Virus record (IMG/VR): IMGVR_UViG_2706794697_000006
Origin: a virus
Lineage: Duplodnaviria; Heunggongvirae; Uroviricota; Caudoviricetes
DNA: 6,610 bases
Reading direction: 5' to 3' (one strand)
Both the position numbers and the translations under genes were made by a program. Within the stretch, counting starts at the first letter, position 1. The number at the start of each line of letters is the position of its first letter. Positions 1 through 6,097 of the stretch are shown here, piece after piece. The notes under the pieces were generated by a model. That model saw only the letters and a list, made by a program, of their open reading frames with translations, was not told the DNA's origin and ran no database searches.

Positions 1-140
1 CATTGAGATTTTCTACAATCGTCAGCGTCGTCACTCTCGTCTGGGGAATATCTCCCCGGCAGCCTTCAGGGAAAAATATCATCAGATGGCTGCTTAAAAA
101 AAGAACAAATGGTAGTGTCCGCTATTGCCAGTACACCTCA
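1..140 (+). mobile_element. IS3-family insertion sequence, right-end fragment (copy A); body lies left of the window
   Basis: Bases 1-140 are the exact reverse complement of 6471-6610. They contain the 3' end of a transposase ORF and end in ...GCAATAGCGGACACTACC...TCA-type terminus (TG...CA ends typical of IS3 family). The two flanks diverge immediately after base 140 / before 6471. Confidence 0.8.
2..97 (+). CDS. IS3-family transposase (OrfB-type) C-terminal fragment; 5' end outside window
   Basis: Frame starting at base 2 translates to IEIFYNRQRRHSRLGNISPAAFREKYHQMAA then TAA at 95-97. This resembles the conserved C-terminal tail of IS3-family DDE transposases (from memory, not searched). 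Confidence 0.75.
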   Translation: MEIFYNRQRRHSRLGNISPAAFREKYHQMAA

Positions 141-150
141 GGATAGCGGT

Positions 151-194
151 CATGTGATGCCGGTTTCCCGGTAACTCAGCACCGGTATCTGAGT
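151..194. repeat. Stem-loop pair module X1 (hairpin 160-171 plus hairpin 174-194), related to module X2
   Basis: CCGG/CCGG 4-bp stem with TTTC loop (160-171), then ACTCAG/CTGAGT 6-bp stem with a 9-nt loop (174-194), preceded by ATGTGATGC. A second copy of the same architecture lies at 372-418. Confidence 0.5.
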
Positions 195-320
195 CAACGT
201 TTTCTCTACTGGGTCATTTCCGATACGCCCTGCCTGCTGACAGGCTTTCATCACATCTGAAAATATAGCACCCTGACTGATACTGTAGTACCTAAGGTTC
301 CAGAAACTGTGATGTATCCG

Positions 321-347
321 GCACAGAAAAGCCCCTCCGGAGAGGGC
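321..347 (-). terminator. Candidate intrinsic terminator (minus strand)
   Basis: Minus strand reads GCCCUCUCCGGAGGGGC (imperfect GC-rich hairpin, 331-347) followed by UUUUCUGUG (plus-strand A-run 327-330). The stem has one bulge. Confidence 0.35.
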
Positions 348-371
348 TGGAGAGTGGCGCTATGTGCCATT

Positions 372-418
372 GCATGATGCCGGGTGCCTCCCGGTGAATT
401 CAGTACCAGCACCTGAAT
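372..418. repeat. Stem-loop pair module X2, related to X1
   Basis: CCGGG/CCCGG 5-bp stem (380-394), then ATTCAG/CTGAAT 6-bp stem with a 9-nt loop (398-418), preceded by GCATGATGC. Relative to X1 the second stem carries a compensatory C-G to T-A change. Confidence 0.5.
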
Positions 419-544
419 CCGCGATTATCCCATATACCTACTCGCTGATTGCCCCTCCGCACAGGGGGATTCACCATGCCAGTTTCTTTTAACAAACTCC
501 CCGCAAAACAGACAACTGTCAACCGTCTGAATTGTGAGACATTT

Positions 545-570
545 AAAAAAAAGGCCCGCAAAAGCGAGCC
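545..570 (-). terminator. Rho-independent terminator immediately downstream of tRNA-Arg
   Basis: Minus strand: GGCUCGC-UUUU-GCGGGCC hairpin (plus 553-570; 7-bp stem with one G-U pair) followed by eight U (plus-strand A-run 545-552). Confidence 0.7.
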
Positions 571-584
571 AGGGAAAATAAGTG

Positions 585-661
585 TGGCGCGTTGTACTGG
601 ATTCGAACCAGTGACCGATTGCTTAGAAGGCAATTGCTCTGTCCGGCTGAGCTAACAACGC
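585..661 (-). tRNA. tRNA-Arg, anticodon UCU (reads AGA); phage-borne rare-codon tRNA
   Basis: Minus strand folds as a 77-nt cloverleaf: acceptor GCGTTGT/ACAACGC, D-stem GCTC/GAGC, anticodon stem ATTGC/GCAAT with loop CTTCTAA (anticodon TCT), variable loop CGGTC, T-arm ACTGG-TTCGAAT-CCAGT, discriminator G, encoded CCA. Confidence 0.9.
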
Positions 662-674
662 ATGATGCAGATAA

Positions 675-715
675 TGGACCGCCATCGGGGACTTGAACCC
701 CGCGCAGCCAGCTTC
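675..715 (-). tRNA. Partial tRNA, 3' portion only; 5' half including the anticodon lies in the N-run
   Basis: Minus strand shows T-arm CGGGG-TTCAAGT-CCCCG, then 7-nt acceptor strand ATGGCGG, discriminator T and CCA ending at 675. Identity cannot be determined. The implied 5' acceptor strand (CCGCCAT) is unusual, so this is tentative. Confidence 0.45.
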
Positions 716-925
716 NNNNNNNNNNNNNNNNNNNNNNNNNNNNNNNNNNNNNNNNNNNNNNNNNNNNNNNNNNNNNNNNNNNNNNNNNNNNNNNNNNNNN
801 NNNNNNNNNNNNNNNNNNNNNNNNNNNNNNNNNNNNNNNNNNNNNNNNNNNNNNNNNNNNNNNNNNNNNNNNNNNNNNNNNNNNNNNNNNNNNNNNNNNN
901 NNNNNNNNNNNNNNNNNNNNNNNNN
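716..925. other. Run of 210 N (assembly gap or masked sequence)
   Basis: Directly visible in the sequence. It hides the 3' end of the methyltransferase gene and the 5' part of the adjacent tRNA. Confidence 1.
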
Positions 926-1898
926 GCCCGAGCGCCAGTGCCGCTTTCACTGTCGAACCCAACCCCATGAAAAAATCTGCAATCAGGTCACCCGGACGAC
1001 TGCTAGCGCTGATTATCTGCTGCAGCATTTCTGCCGGTTTTTCGCACGGATGTTTCCCGGGATAGAACTGCACCGGTTTATGCGTCCACACATCGGTATA
1101 CGGCACCTGCACCGTCACGCCAAAATACCGCCGCAGATGTTTATATTCACTCAGCAGCTCCGCATACTGCCGGTTCAGTGAGGTATACGTATCCACCAGC
1201 TGGTGGTGGAGCTTTTCCAGTTCACCACGCCGATGCTTCTCTTCTGCCACCCGGGCAAACAGCGCCTGTAATTTCAGATAATCGCTTTCATTCGGCAACT
1301 GCCACTGACCGGCACTGAACCAGTGCGACACCATGTTTTTCTTTCCTGTGGCATCTGCAATCTGTTTTGCCGTTATCCCCAGGGCAGCTCGCGCATCACG
1401 AAAGTAAGAAATCAGCGGGGCCATCACATGCTGTTTCAGTGCACTGCCCTTCGCCGCATACCCGGCATCTTTCGGACGATACGGCCCCTGATAATGTTCC
1501 GCGAACAGAATGCGCTCTGTGGCGGGGAAATACGCCCGCAGGCTTTCCTTGTTGCATCCGTTCCAGCGTCCGGACGGCTTCGCCCAGATAATATGGTTCA
1601 GCACACTGAAGCGTTCACGCATCATGATTTCGATATCAGATGCCAGGCGATGACCACAGAACAGGTAAAGACTTCCGGCAGGTTTCAGCACCCGCCAGAA
1701 CTGCGCCAGACACTGGTCCAGCCACTTCAGGTAATCATCGTCGCCCTTCCACTGGTTATCCCAGCCCTCAGGCTTCACTTTAAAGTACGGCGGGTCCGTG
1801 ACTATCAGGTCAACAGAATTTTCGGGTAACGACCGGATAAATTCCAGGCAGTCGGCGTTGATTAACTCACAACTGGATATTTTTACAGTATTAAGCAT
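926..1898 (-). CDS. DNA methyltransferase (N6-adenine/N4-cytosine, DPPY class), orphan; C-terminus lost in the N-run
   Basis: ATG at 1898. The translation contains IVTDPPY (catalytic motif IV) near the N-terminus and HPCEKP plus DFFMGLGST (AdoMet-binding-type motifs) later. The ORF-track extension through the N-run and over the tRNAs (543-925) is an artifact. No obvious Shine-Dalgarno precedes the ATG. Confidence 0.85.
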
Positions 1899-1992
1899 GG
1901 ATCATTAAGCCTGTCTCTGATAGGCTCATTCTGCTTTTGCGCAAAGCAGTGGGCCTGAGGTTTGCTTGTGAACCCAACGCATGAGCAGATGG

Positions 1993-2019
1993 CTGGTGGG
2001 TGCCCCTAACACCCACCAG
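1993..2019. repeat. Perfect 10-bp inverted repeat CTGGTGGGTG / CACCCACCAG with 7-nt spacer
   Basis: Seen directly at 1993-2002 and 2010-2019. It is not followed by a U-tract on either strand, so it is not a canonical terminator. It lies in the 150-bp non-coding gap upstream of the methylase start. Confidence 0.6.
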
Positions 2020-2034
2020 CCGCCCATTTACCAC

Positions 2035-2062
2035 AAATAAAAAAGCCTTCACTGCGGAAGGC
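2035..2062 (-). terminator. Rho-independent terminator (minus strand) overlapping the stop of the small ORF at 2049-2246
   Basis: Minus strand: GCCUUC-CGCAGU-GAAGGC hairpin (plus 2045-2062) followed by UUUUUUAUUU (plus-strand A-run 2035-2044). Confidence 0.7.
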
Positions 2063-2246
2063 GTCTGTAACAACCGAACTGATAGTCTGCCAGACCCGCC
2101 ATAACCAGCTGGGTCAGTATTAACTGGCAGCGTTCGCGTGAAAGGTAAGTATTCTGCGCTATCTCCCCGACTGTCGCCGGTTCGGTAACGCTTAATTCAT
2201 TAAACACCACTCTGGCGGTTTCTGTCATATCCTGCTGTTTTAGCAT
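2049..2246 (-). CDS. Small hypothetical protein (65 aa), possible winged-helix DNA-binding regulator
   Basis: ATG at 2246 preceded by AAGGA about 6 nt upstream. The segment TVGEIAQNTYLSRERCQLILTQLVMAGL looks like a helix-turn-helix recognition region, and size and composition resemble FaeA/PapI-type small regulators. This assignment is by eye only. Confidence 0.5.
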   Translation of the reverse strand: MLKQQDMTETARVVFNELSVTEPATVGEIAQNTYLSRERCQLILTQLVMAGLADYQFGCYRRLPQ

Positions 2247-2365
2247 GTCTTTTCCTTTTCCGGTTAACGTGACACACCAATAACTCTTGTCGAAAAAGCC
2301 AGCAAGCTGAAAGACAGGTATTCACCGCCACCAGCGCGTTTACTGTACTGACGCGATTTCAGTCA

Positions 2366-2390
2366 TAAAAAACCCGCTCGGCGGCGGGTT
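2366..2390 (-). terminator. tR'-like intrinsic terminator downstream of the late promoter
   Basis: Minus strand: CCCGC-CGCCGA-GCGGG hairpin (plus 2373-2388) followed by UUUUUU (plus-strand A-run 2367-2372). It lies about 50 nt downstream of the predicted PR' start. Confidence 0.7.
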
Positions 2391-2437
2391 GTAGAAACTC
2401 TTCTAACGTCAGGCATAAAACGCCCATCGTTATAACG

Positions 2438-2465
2438 AATTTACCACAGATTCCGGAAAAATCAA
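2438..2465 (-). promoter_or_regulatory. PR'-like late promoter (sigma-70) just downstream of Q; expected site of Q engagement
   Basis: Minus strand TTGATT (-35, plus 2460-2465), 16-nt spacer, TAAATT (-10, plus 2438-2443). TAAATT is the -10 hexamer I recall for lambda PR'. The position between the Q stop and a terminator matches lambdoid late-control architecture. Confidence 0.5.
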
Positions 2466-2470
2466 CCTTG

Positions 2471-3292
2471 TTACCTAGTTACCTTTTTTAACTGCCGCTC
2501 AGCCCATGCTTCTTCAATATCAAACCGGGTCACCAGCGCATCATAAAATTTCTTAACTGTTTTTTCCCATGACGCGCGTGTTATCTGGTTTGTCACCTCG
2601 CATATAGCATTAAATGCCTCCGTTGATGGTAGTCTTTCATAGCCACGACCACCACAACGCTGGCAGTCTCTGATAACAGGCATACCACGTTTTACCGACT
2701 CTTCACGATGAATGGCGACACCACGCCCACGGCAATCCTTACAGGCGGTGGAAACCTCACCCTTTCCGCCACACTCCGGACAGGCAACTTTTACCACCTC
2801 CCTGACTTTTTTCCATTCTTCCCAGTAAGACGGATACACACCTTTCGTACACTTTGCCCATACCGGCGGCTTACCATCCGGATACTGGATCTTGTTTGTA
2901 AAAACCTCGCTTTCAATAAATTTTTTTCCGTGACAGCAGGGGCACTGTTTTTTGCTCGCCGCGCTACGGGCATAATCTTCAAACGCATACGAAGCCATAA
3001 TACGCATCACTGCCGGTTTTATTTCTGCCGGGAGTTTTCTTAACGCCGCCACGCGATCACACCGACTGAGTGCATATTCTGTCAGCAATTCTGTTGCCCG
3101 CTCTCTGTCATTCATACTAATGCCCATTTTCCCAAGGAACGCAGAAACCCCCATCTCAGCCCGATTCTGTGTCATGCCCTGCGCGGCCATCACATCAGTG
3201 ATACTCAGCGCATCTTTCGACGTTGAGGCCGATGCATCAGTCAGGCCGGGGGATTTTGGGGAGTAGTATTTCGGTAAATCTTCCAGTTTCAT
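2471..3292 (-). CDS. Q: Antitermination protein Q, long zinc-finger type (273 aa)
   Basis: The protein carries multiple CxxC motifs (CPCCHGKK, CPECGGKG, CKDCRGRG, CQRCGGRG). It sits immediately upstream of a PR'/tR'-like promoter and terminator and directly downstream of rusA, as in Qin-type prophages. Its start overlaps the rusA stop (ATGA). Confidence 0.75.
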   Translation of the reverse strand: MKLEDLPKYYSPKSPGLTDASASTSKDALSITDVMAAQGMTQNRAEMGVSAFLGKMGISMNDRERATELLTEYALSRCDRVAALRKLPAEIKPAVMRIMASYAFEDYARSAASKKQCPCCHGKKFIESEVFTNKIQYPDGKPPVWAKCTKGVYPSYWEEWKKVREVVKVACPECGGKGEVSTACKDCRGRGVAIHREESVKRGMPVIRDCQRCGGRGYERLPSTEAFNAICEVTNQITRASWEKTVKKFYDALVTRFDIEEAWAERQLKKVTR

Positions 3293-3669
3293 TTTTTGAC
3301 CTGCCCTTCAAGCATTATGGGATAAATCTTCACCCCCAGACGTCCACCAGATACTGGCTGAGCACGAACGATATTGATTTCATCAAACTGCTCATCGTCC
3401 ATTAGCAACCCCGCATGCGTCAGCGCATCCAGCGGCGCTTTCAGAATATTGTCCAGGTCACGGCGGCGCTTATCCGGTGGTTCTGCAATAATTTTTATTG
3501 CCAACCTTCCGGACAGGCTTAATTTCAGCCGCTGCTGGCGAACAATAAGCGCCACTGCCCGGCGATAACGCTCCCCGGCTTTTGATACAAAATATGTGCT
3601 GCCACGACGACGCCAGTAAGTGTTCACCGTCGGCGGGTAAGGTAAAACAAATTCTATGCGCTCGGTCAT
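3289..3669 (-). CDS. rusA: Holliday-junction resolvase RusA
   Basis: 126 aa. The translation contains DKRRRDLDNILKAPLDALTHAGLLMDDEQF and SGGRLGVKI, closely matching the conserved RusA core ([22 protein letters not shown]...DD, GGRLE) recalled from E. coli RusA. Confidence 0.9.
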   Translation of the reverse strand: MTERIEFVLPYPPTVNTYWRRRGSTYFVSKAGERYRRAVALIVRQQRLKLSLSGRLAIKIIAEPPDKRRRDLDNILKAPLDALTHAGLLMDDEQFDEINIVRAQPVSGGRLGVKIYPIMLEGQVKK

Positions 3670-4728
3670 TTATGCTTTCCACTTCAGAACACCCGAATTT
3701 CTCGCGTGCATTAAAAAACGAATCAGCAACAACAGCTGACTGCCGTGTTTCTCTTCAAAATCTTTTACTCCGGCATGTAGTTCGTTACGGCATTTACGGC
3801 ATAACGGAATAACAAACAAATCATCAGCCTTTGTTCCCATCCCTCCCAGTCCATGACCAATGATGTGATGCGGATCATCTGCCTGATTGCCACACGTCAT
3901 GCATTTCTGCGTTTTTACCCAGCGCGTGTATACAGGCATCTCTTCCCGTTGTGATTTCTGGCGCTGGAGATACTGAGCCGGTGACTCCGGATCAACGGCA
4001 ATGCTGACCACCGTCTTTTCCTGTGGTGGGTTCTGTTGCTGGTGGACGTGAGGCAGTAACGCAATATTTTTTGTGCGCTGCTTCAGTATGCTGGTGGCTG
4101 TCTGCTCTCCCGGTATGATGTCGCTTTCACTGTACACAGAGCGAATTTTTTCCGCACGCAACCCCAGCGAACGACGTAATACCGCTTCCGGTAGCGCGTC
4201 CGCCACCTGATTGCGGACCGCCCACCAGGATAATTCAGCCAGAGATAATTCACGCTCCTGCGTACCGCTTATTGCGTGACCGATGACGTCAATCATCCAT
4301 GCTGACAGGTTTTGATGAGCAAGTTGCTCGAGTGATTCGGATGTCTGGTCACGCAGCTGGTTGTCGCAGTGCCAGCACAACACCATTGCGCCGGTACCAT
4401 AACGGTGAATGACGGTTTCGCTGTGATGATAATCGCCGTGTGGCCACTGGCAGGATTTAATATGGCGCAACAGCCAGTCAGACAATGCACCAGCACCACC
4501 AGCAGCACGAATCACCCGTGCGTTACTGAAAAACGGCAGCAATGTTTTGTCTTCCACCAGCGGCTGGCGAGCGGCAGGAACGACCCCGGACGGCAGATTA
4601 CGCATGCTTTTTGGTTCCGGCTCCACCAGTATTCTGCCGTTATGGAATGCTGACATTGATTCACGGCCTGGCTTAACGATAACCAGACCGAGTTCCGGTA
4701 CCAGAACAGGTCGAAGTAATACCCGCAC
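3670..4728 (-). CDS. DUF968-like (YdfU-like) prophage protein with C-terminal HNH/zinc-finger-like motif
   Basis: 352 aa from a GTG at 4728 that has GGAGG 4 nt upstream; an alternative ATG at 4656 would give 328 aa. C-terminal motif CMTCGNQADDPHHIIGHG...CRKCRNELH. Size and position (upstream of rusA and Q) match ydfU of Qin-like prophages. Its stop abuts the rusA start. Confidence 0.7.
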   Translation of the reverse strand: MRVLLRPVLVPELGLVIVKPGRESMSAFHNGRILVEPEPKSMRNLPSGVVPAARQPLVEDKTLLPFFSNARVIRAAGGAGALSDWLLRHIKSCQWPHGDYHHSETVIHRYGTGAMVLCWHCDNQLRDQTSESLEQLAHQNLSAWMIDVIGHAISGTQERELSLAELSWWAVRNQVADALPEAVLRRSLGLRAEKIRSVYSESDIIPGEQTATSILKQRTKNIALLPHVHQQQNPPQEKTVVSIAVDPESPAQYLQRQKSQREEMPVYTRWVKTQKCMTCGNQADDPHHIIGHGLGGMGTKADDLFVIPLCRKCRNELHAGVKDFEEKHGSQLLLLIRFLMHARNSGVLKWKA

Positions 4729-4803
4729 ATTACCTCCAGATCCGTTGCTGGAATGTGCGGGACGGACGCGTTGGCCGTTCGGAGTAAGGGAGCCTGACGG
4801 AGA

Positions 4804-5085
4804 TTATCCAGTGACGGTAGTCGAGGCTAAGGGCTTTTTTAACCTCGCATCCGCGCCTGCGGTAACACTGAATGAGCCATTCGGCCTGTTCTTCAGTGCA
4901 TGGGGGATGCTGGTACCAATCAGATTTAAATGCGTGAGAGCGCCGCCCGTGCCTGCTGGCAAAGACGGCTGAATTATCAGAATTGTGTAGTCTGGAAGGC
5001 AGTGGCTGACAATAGCGCCATTCTCAACGCGCACAGTATAGAGGCCATCTTCACTAAAAATTTCACGTAATTCTTCGATTTTCAT
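4804..5085 (-). CDS. Hypothetical protein (93 aa) at the position occupied by rem in Qin-like prophages
   Basis: ATG at 5085 with GGAAGGA about 9 nt upstream. The ORF track starts it at a TTG one codon earlier. Position between hok and the DUF968 gene corresponds to rem; sequence identity to Rem was not verified. Confidence 0.5.
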   Translation of the reverse strand: MKIEELREIFSEDGLYTVRVENGAIVSHCLPDYTILIIQPSLPAGTGGALTHLNLIGTSIPHALKNRPNGSFSVTAGADARLKKPLASTTVTG

Positions 5086-5206
5086 CAACAGAATCCTTCC
5101 AGATAAATAGCACTCCCCTGTTCGGGGTCCATCCCTCTTCTCCCTGCGCGCTACTTAAGTATTTTTGATTCTATTCCGGCACCATCTAAAACTTCAAACG
5201 CGTTGA

Positions 5207-5236
5207 AAATAAAAACAAAAACCCGCCGAAGCGGGT
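5207..5236 (-). terminator. Rho-independent terminator at the 3' end of the hok mRNA
   Basis: Minus strand: ACCCGC-UUCG-GCGGGU hairpin (plus 5221-5236) followed by UUUUUGUUUUUAUUUU (plus-strand A-rich run 5207-5220). Confidence 0.8.
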
Positions 5237-5305
5237 TAAGTGTGGGTGCATTGAGGATGCCTGCCCCATCAGAGGTGGCGAGGGATTTCTCCCCCGCCTG
5301 GTCTC

Positions 5306-5461
5306 TTACTCCTCAGGTTCGTAAGCTGTGAAGACAGCGACCTCCGTCTGGCCGGTTCGAATTCGTACCTCGCAGAGGTCTTTCCTCGTTACCAGTGCCG
5401 TCACTATGACGGTTAAACAGATGACGATCAGGGCGATTAACATCGCCTTTTGCTGCTTCAT
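5306..5461 (-). CDS. hok: Hok-family type I toxin (51 aa membrane peptide)
   Basis: Translation MKQQKAMLIALIVICLTVIVTALVTRKDLCEVRIRTGQTEVAVFTAYEPEE, which matches HokD/RelF of E. coli as recalled. ATG at 5461 is preceded by GGAGAAGCAGGCT. Confidence 0.9.
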   Translation of the reverse strand: MKQQKAMLIALIVICLTVIVTALVTRKDLCEVRIRTGQTEVAVFTAYEPEE

Positions 5462-5518
5462 AGCCTGCTTCTCCTTGCCTTTCGGCACGTAAGAGGCTAA
5501 CCTAGATTTGCCGTTCAT
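5306..5518 (-). CDS. mok: mok-like reading frame (70 codons), in-frame N-terminal extension of hok
   Basis: ATG at 5518 in the hok frame adds MNGKSRLASYVPKGKEKQA upstream of Hok. The 70-codon length and arrangement match my recollection of mok loci. Confidence 0.55.
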   Translation of the reverse strand: MNGKSRLASYVPKGKEKQAMKQQKAMLIALIVICLTVIVTALVTRKDLCEVRIRTGQTEVAVFTAYEPEE

Positions 5519-5575
5519 AGATTGAGCCTCAGATTAATGTTAAGCGTCTTGCCGGACGCGTAATGTTAACTGGGG
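5510..5575 (+). ncRNA. sok: Candidate sok-like antisense RNA (position inferred, boundaries approximate)
   Basis: Plus strand opposite the mok start. Possible promoter TTGCCT (5475-5480), 17-nt spacer, TAACCT (5498-5503). Possible terminator hairpin GCGTC-TTGCCG-GACGC at 5544-5559 followed by a weak U-rich stretch. No clean terminator, so this is weak. Confidence 0.25.
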
Positions 5576-5612
5576 CTTTTCTCTATCTGCCTTTTGGTGT
5601 TCATGCCTGAGA

Positions 5613-5665
5613 CAGATAGCCTCAAGCACCCGCTGCAATTCTACTTAACTCTCCTTTTCCCGCAA
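5613..5665 (-). promoter_or_regulatory. hok promoter and mRNA 5' end carrying the fold-back partner of the 3' fbi element
   Basis: Minus strand TTGCGG (-35, plus 5660-5665), 16-nt spacer, TAGAAT (-10, plus 5638-5643). The predicted 5' end GCAGCGGGUGCUUGAGGCUAUCUG (plus 5613-5636) is complementary to the mRNA 3' region (plus 5241-5258) with one bulge, and resembles the GCUUGAGGC 5' motif of hok mRNA. Confidence 0.55.
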
Positions 5666-5672
5666 ACCGTTT

Positions 5673-5756
5673 TTATCCCCAGCGGCAAATCGAATACACC
5701 ACCAGCGCCACCGCCATCGCAATTCCTACCGTTGTTAATGCTTCAGGCCAGGTCAT
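5673..5756 (-). CDS. Candidate 27-aa hydrophobic peptide (ORF C), start overlapping the ORF B stop
   Basis: ATG at 5756-5754 overlaps the TGA of ORF B (ATGA). Translation [27 protein letters not shown] has a single predicted transmembrane-like stretch. It is below the ORF-track size cutoff. Only a weak GGA lies upstream. Confidence 0.3.
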   Translation of the reverse strand: MTWPEALTTVGIAMAVALVVYSICRWG

Positions 5757-6097
5757 CGTAAAATATCCTCCACGCTTATCAGTCCGTTCCGCTCCAGATA
5801 ACTCATCGCCTTATCCGGTAATTTGCAGTCTGGCTTCGCTTTCCTCAGTTGCCAGGTTAACTGCTTTACCAGCATGGTTAACTCATCGACCAGACGCTGA
5901 TATCCCACTGGTTTGTATTCATGCAATTTACCGGCTGGCTCTGCTGCCAGCGATACCAGTGCGATTTCCAGAACAGCAATATCCATCTTATATGTGCGGA
6001 TGATGTCATGGTCGATTGTGCCCGGTATGCACAGTCTCTGTGCTTCAATAGTCTCCTCTGCGTGAGCTATTAACTGCTCTCTGGTAAAAGTCGTCAT
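5753..6097 (-). CDS. Hypothetical protein (114 aa, ORF B), paralog of the upstream 55-aa ORF A
   Basis: ATG at 6097 overlaps the TGA of ORF A (ATGA). The N-terminus MTTFTREQ parallels MTTITKER of ORF A, and the internal [10 protein letters not shown]...EY parallels [10 protein letters not shown]...KY. Confidence 0.6.
   Translation of the reverse strand: MTTFTREQLIAHAEETIEAQRLCIPGTIDHDIIRTYKMDIAVLEIALVSLAAEPAGKLHEYKPVGYQRLVDELTMLVKQLTWQLRKAKPDCKLPDKAMSYLERNGLISVEDILR

Noticed and set aside
141-584. Possible Shiga toxin (stx) or lysis genes downstream of the phage tRNAs
   Set aside because: No ORF of suitable size exists on either strand, and nothing resembles the stxA start or a holin. The region is non-coding.
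400-655. ORFs 400-633 (minus) and 449-655 (plus)
   Set aside because: Both overlap the tRNA-Arg gene and its terminator and have no ribosome-binding site or coding character. Judged chance frames.
662-1181. Plus-strand ORFs 662-970 and 693-1181
   Set aside because: They are made up mostly of X from the N-run and are antisense to the methylase.
1323-1829. Plus-strand ORFs 1323-1829 and 1367-1591
   Set aside because: Antisense to the well-supported methyltransferase gene, with no independent support.
543-1898. 451-aa ORF-track protein running from the methylase through the N-run and across both tRNAs
   Set aside because: The frame stays open only because N is translated as X. The portion after the gap overlaps tRNA genes and a terminator. 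Only 926-1898 is supported as methylase coding sequence.
1891-2073. 60-aa minus-strand ORF
   Set aside because: It spans the terminator hairpin and the non-coding inverted-repeat region, and its end overlaps the methylase start. No RBS; judged spurious.
2708-3043. ORFs 2708-3043 (plus) and 2791-2988 (minus) inside Q
   Set aside because: Embedded in or antisense to the Q gene, which has clear zinc-finger motif support.
3223-3812. ORFs 3223-3405, 3374-3568, 3470-3682 and 3582-3812
   Set aside because: Alternative frames or antisense across rusA and the 3' end of the DUF968 gene. RusA identity is strong, so these are chance frames.
4729-4806. Rem-like ORF and DUF968 ORF share a frame, separated by a single TAA: possible read-through or fusion
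   Set aside because: A shared frame occurs by chance one time in three, and the DUF968 gene has its own GGAGG-GTG start. No evidence of a disrupted fusion.
4293-4972. ORFs 4293-4508, 4369-4653, 4512-4730 and 4547-4972
   Set aside because: Overlap the DUF968 gene and its upstream region in other frames or antisense. The ATG at 4730 sits only 2 nt from the GGAGG that better serves the GTG at 4728.
5089-5205. Sigma-70 promoter for the rem-like/DUF968/rusA/Q operon (TTGAAG, 18-nt spacer, TAGAAT on the minus strand)
   Set aside because: Hexamer match only, with a long spacer. Lambdoid nin-region genes are normally read from upstream early promoters, so I do not list it as a feature.
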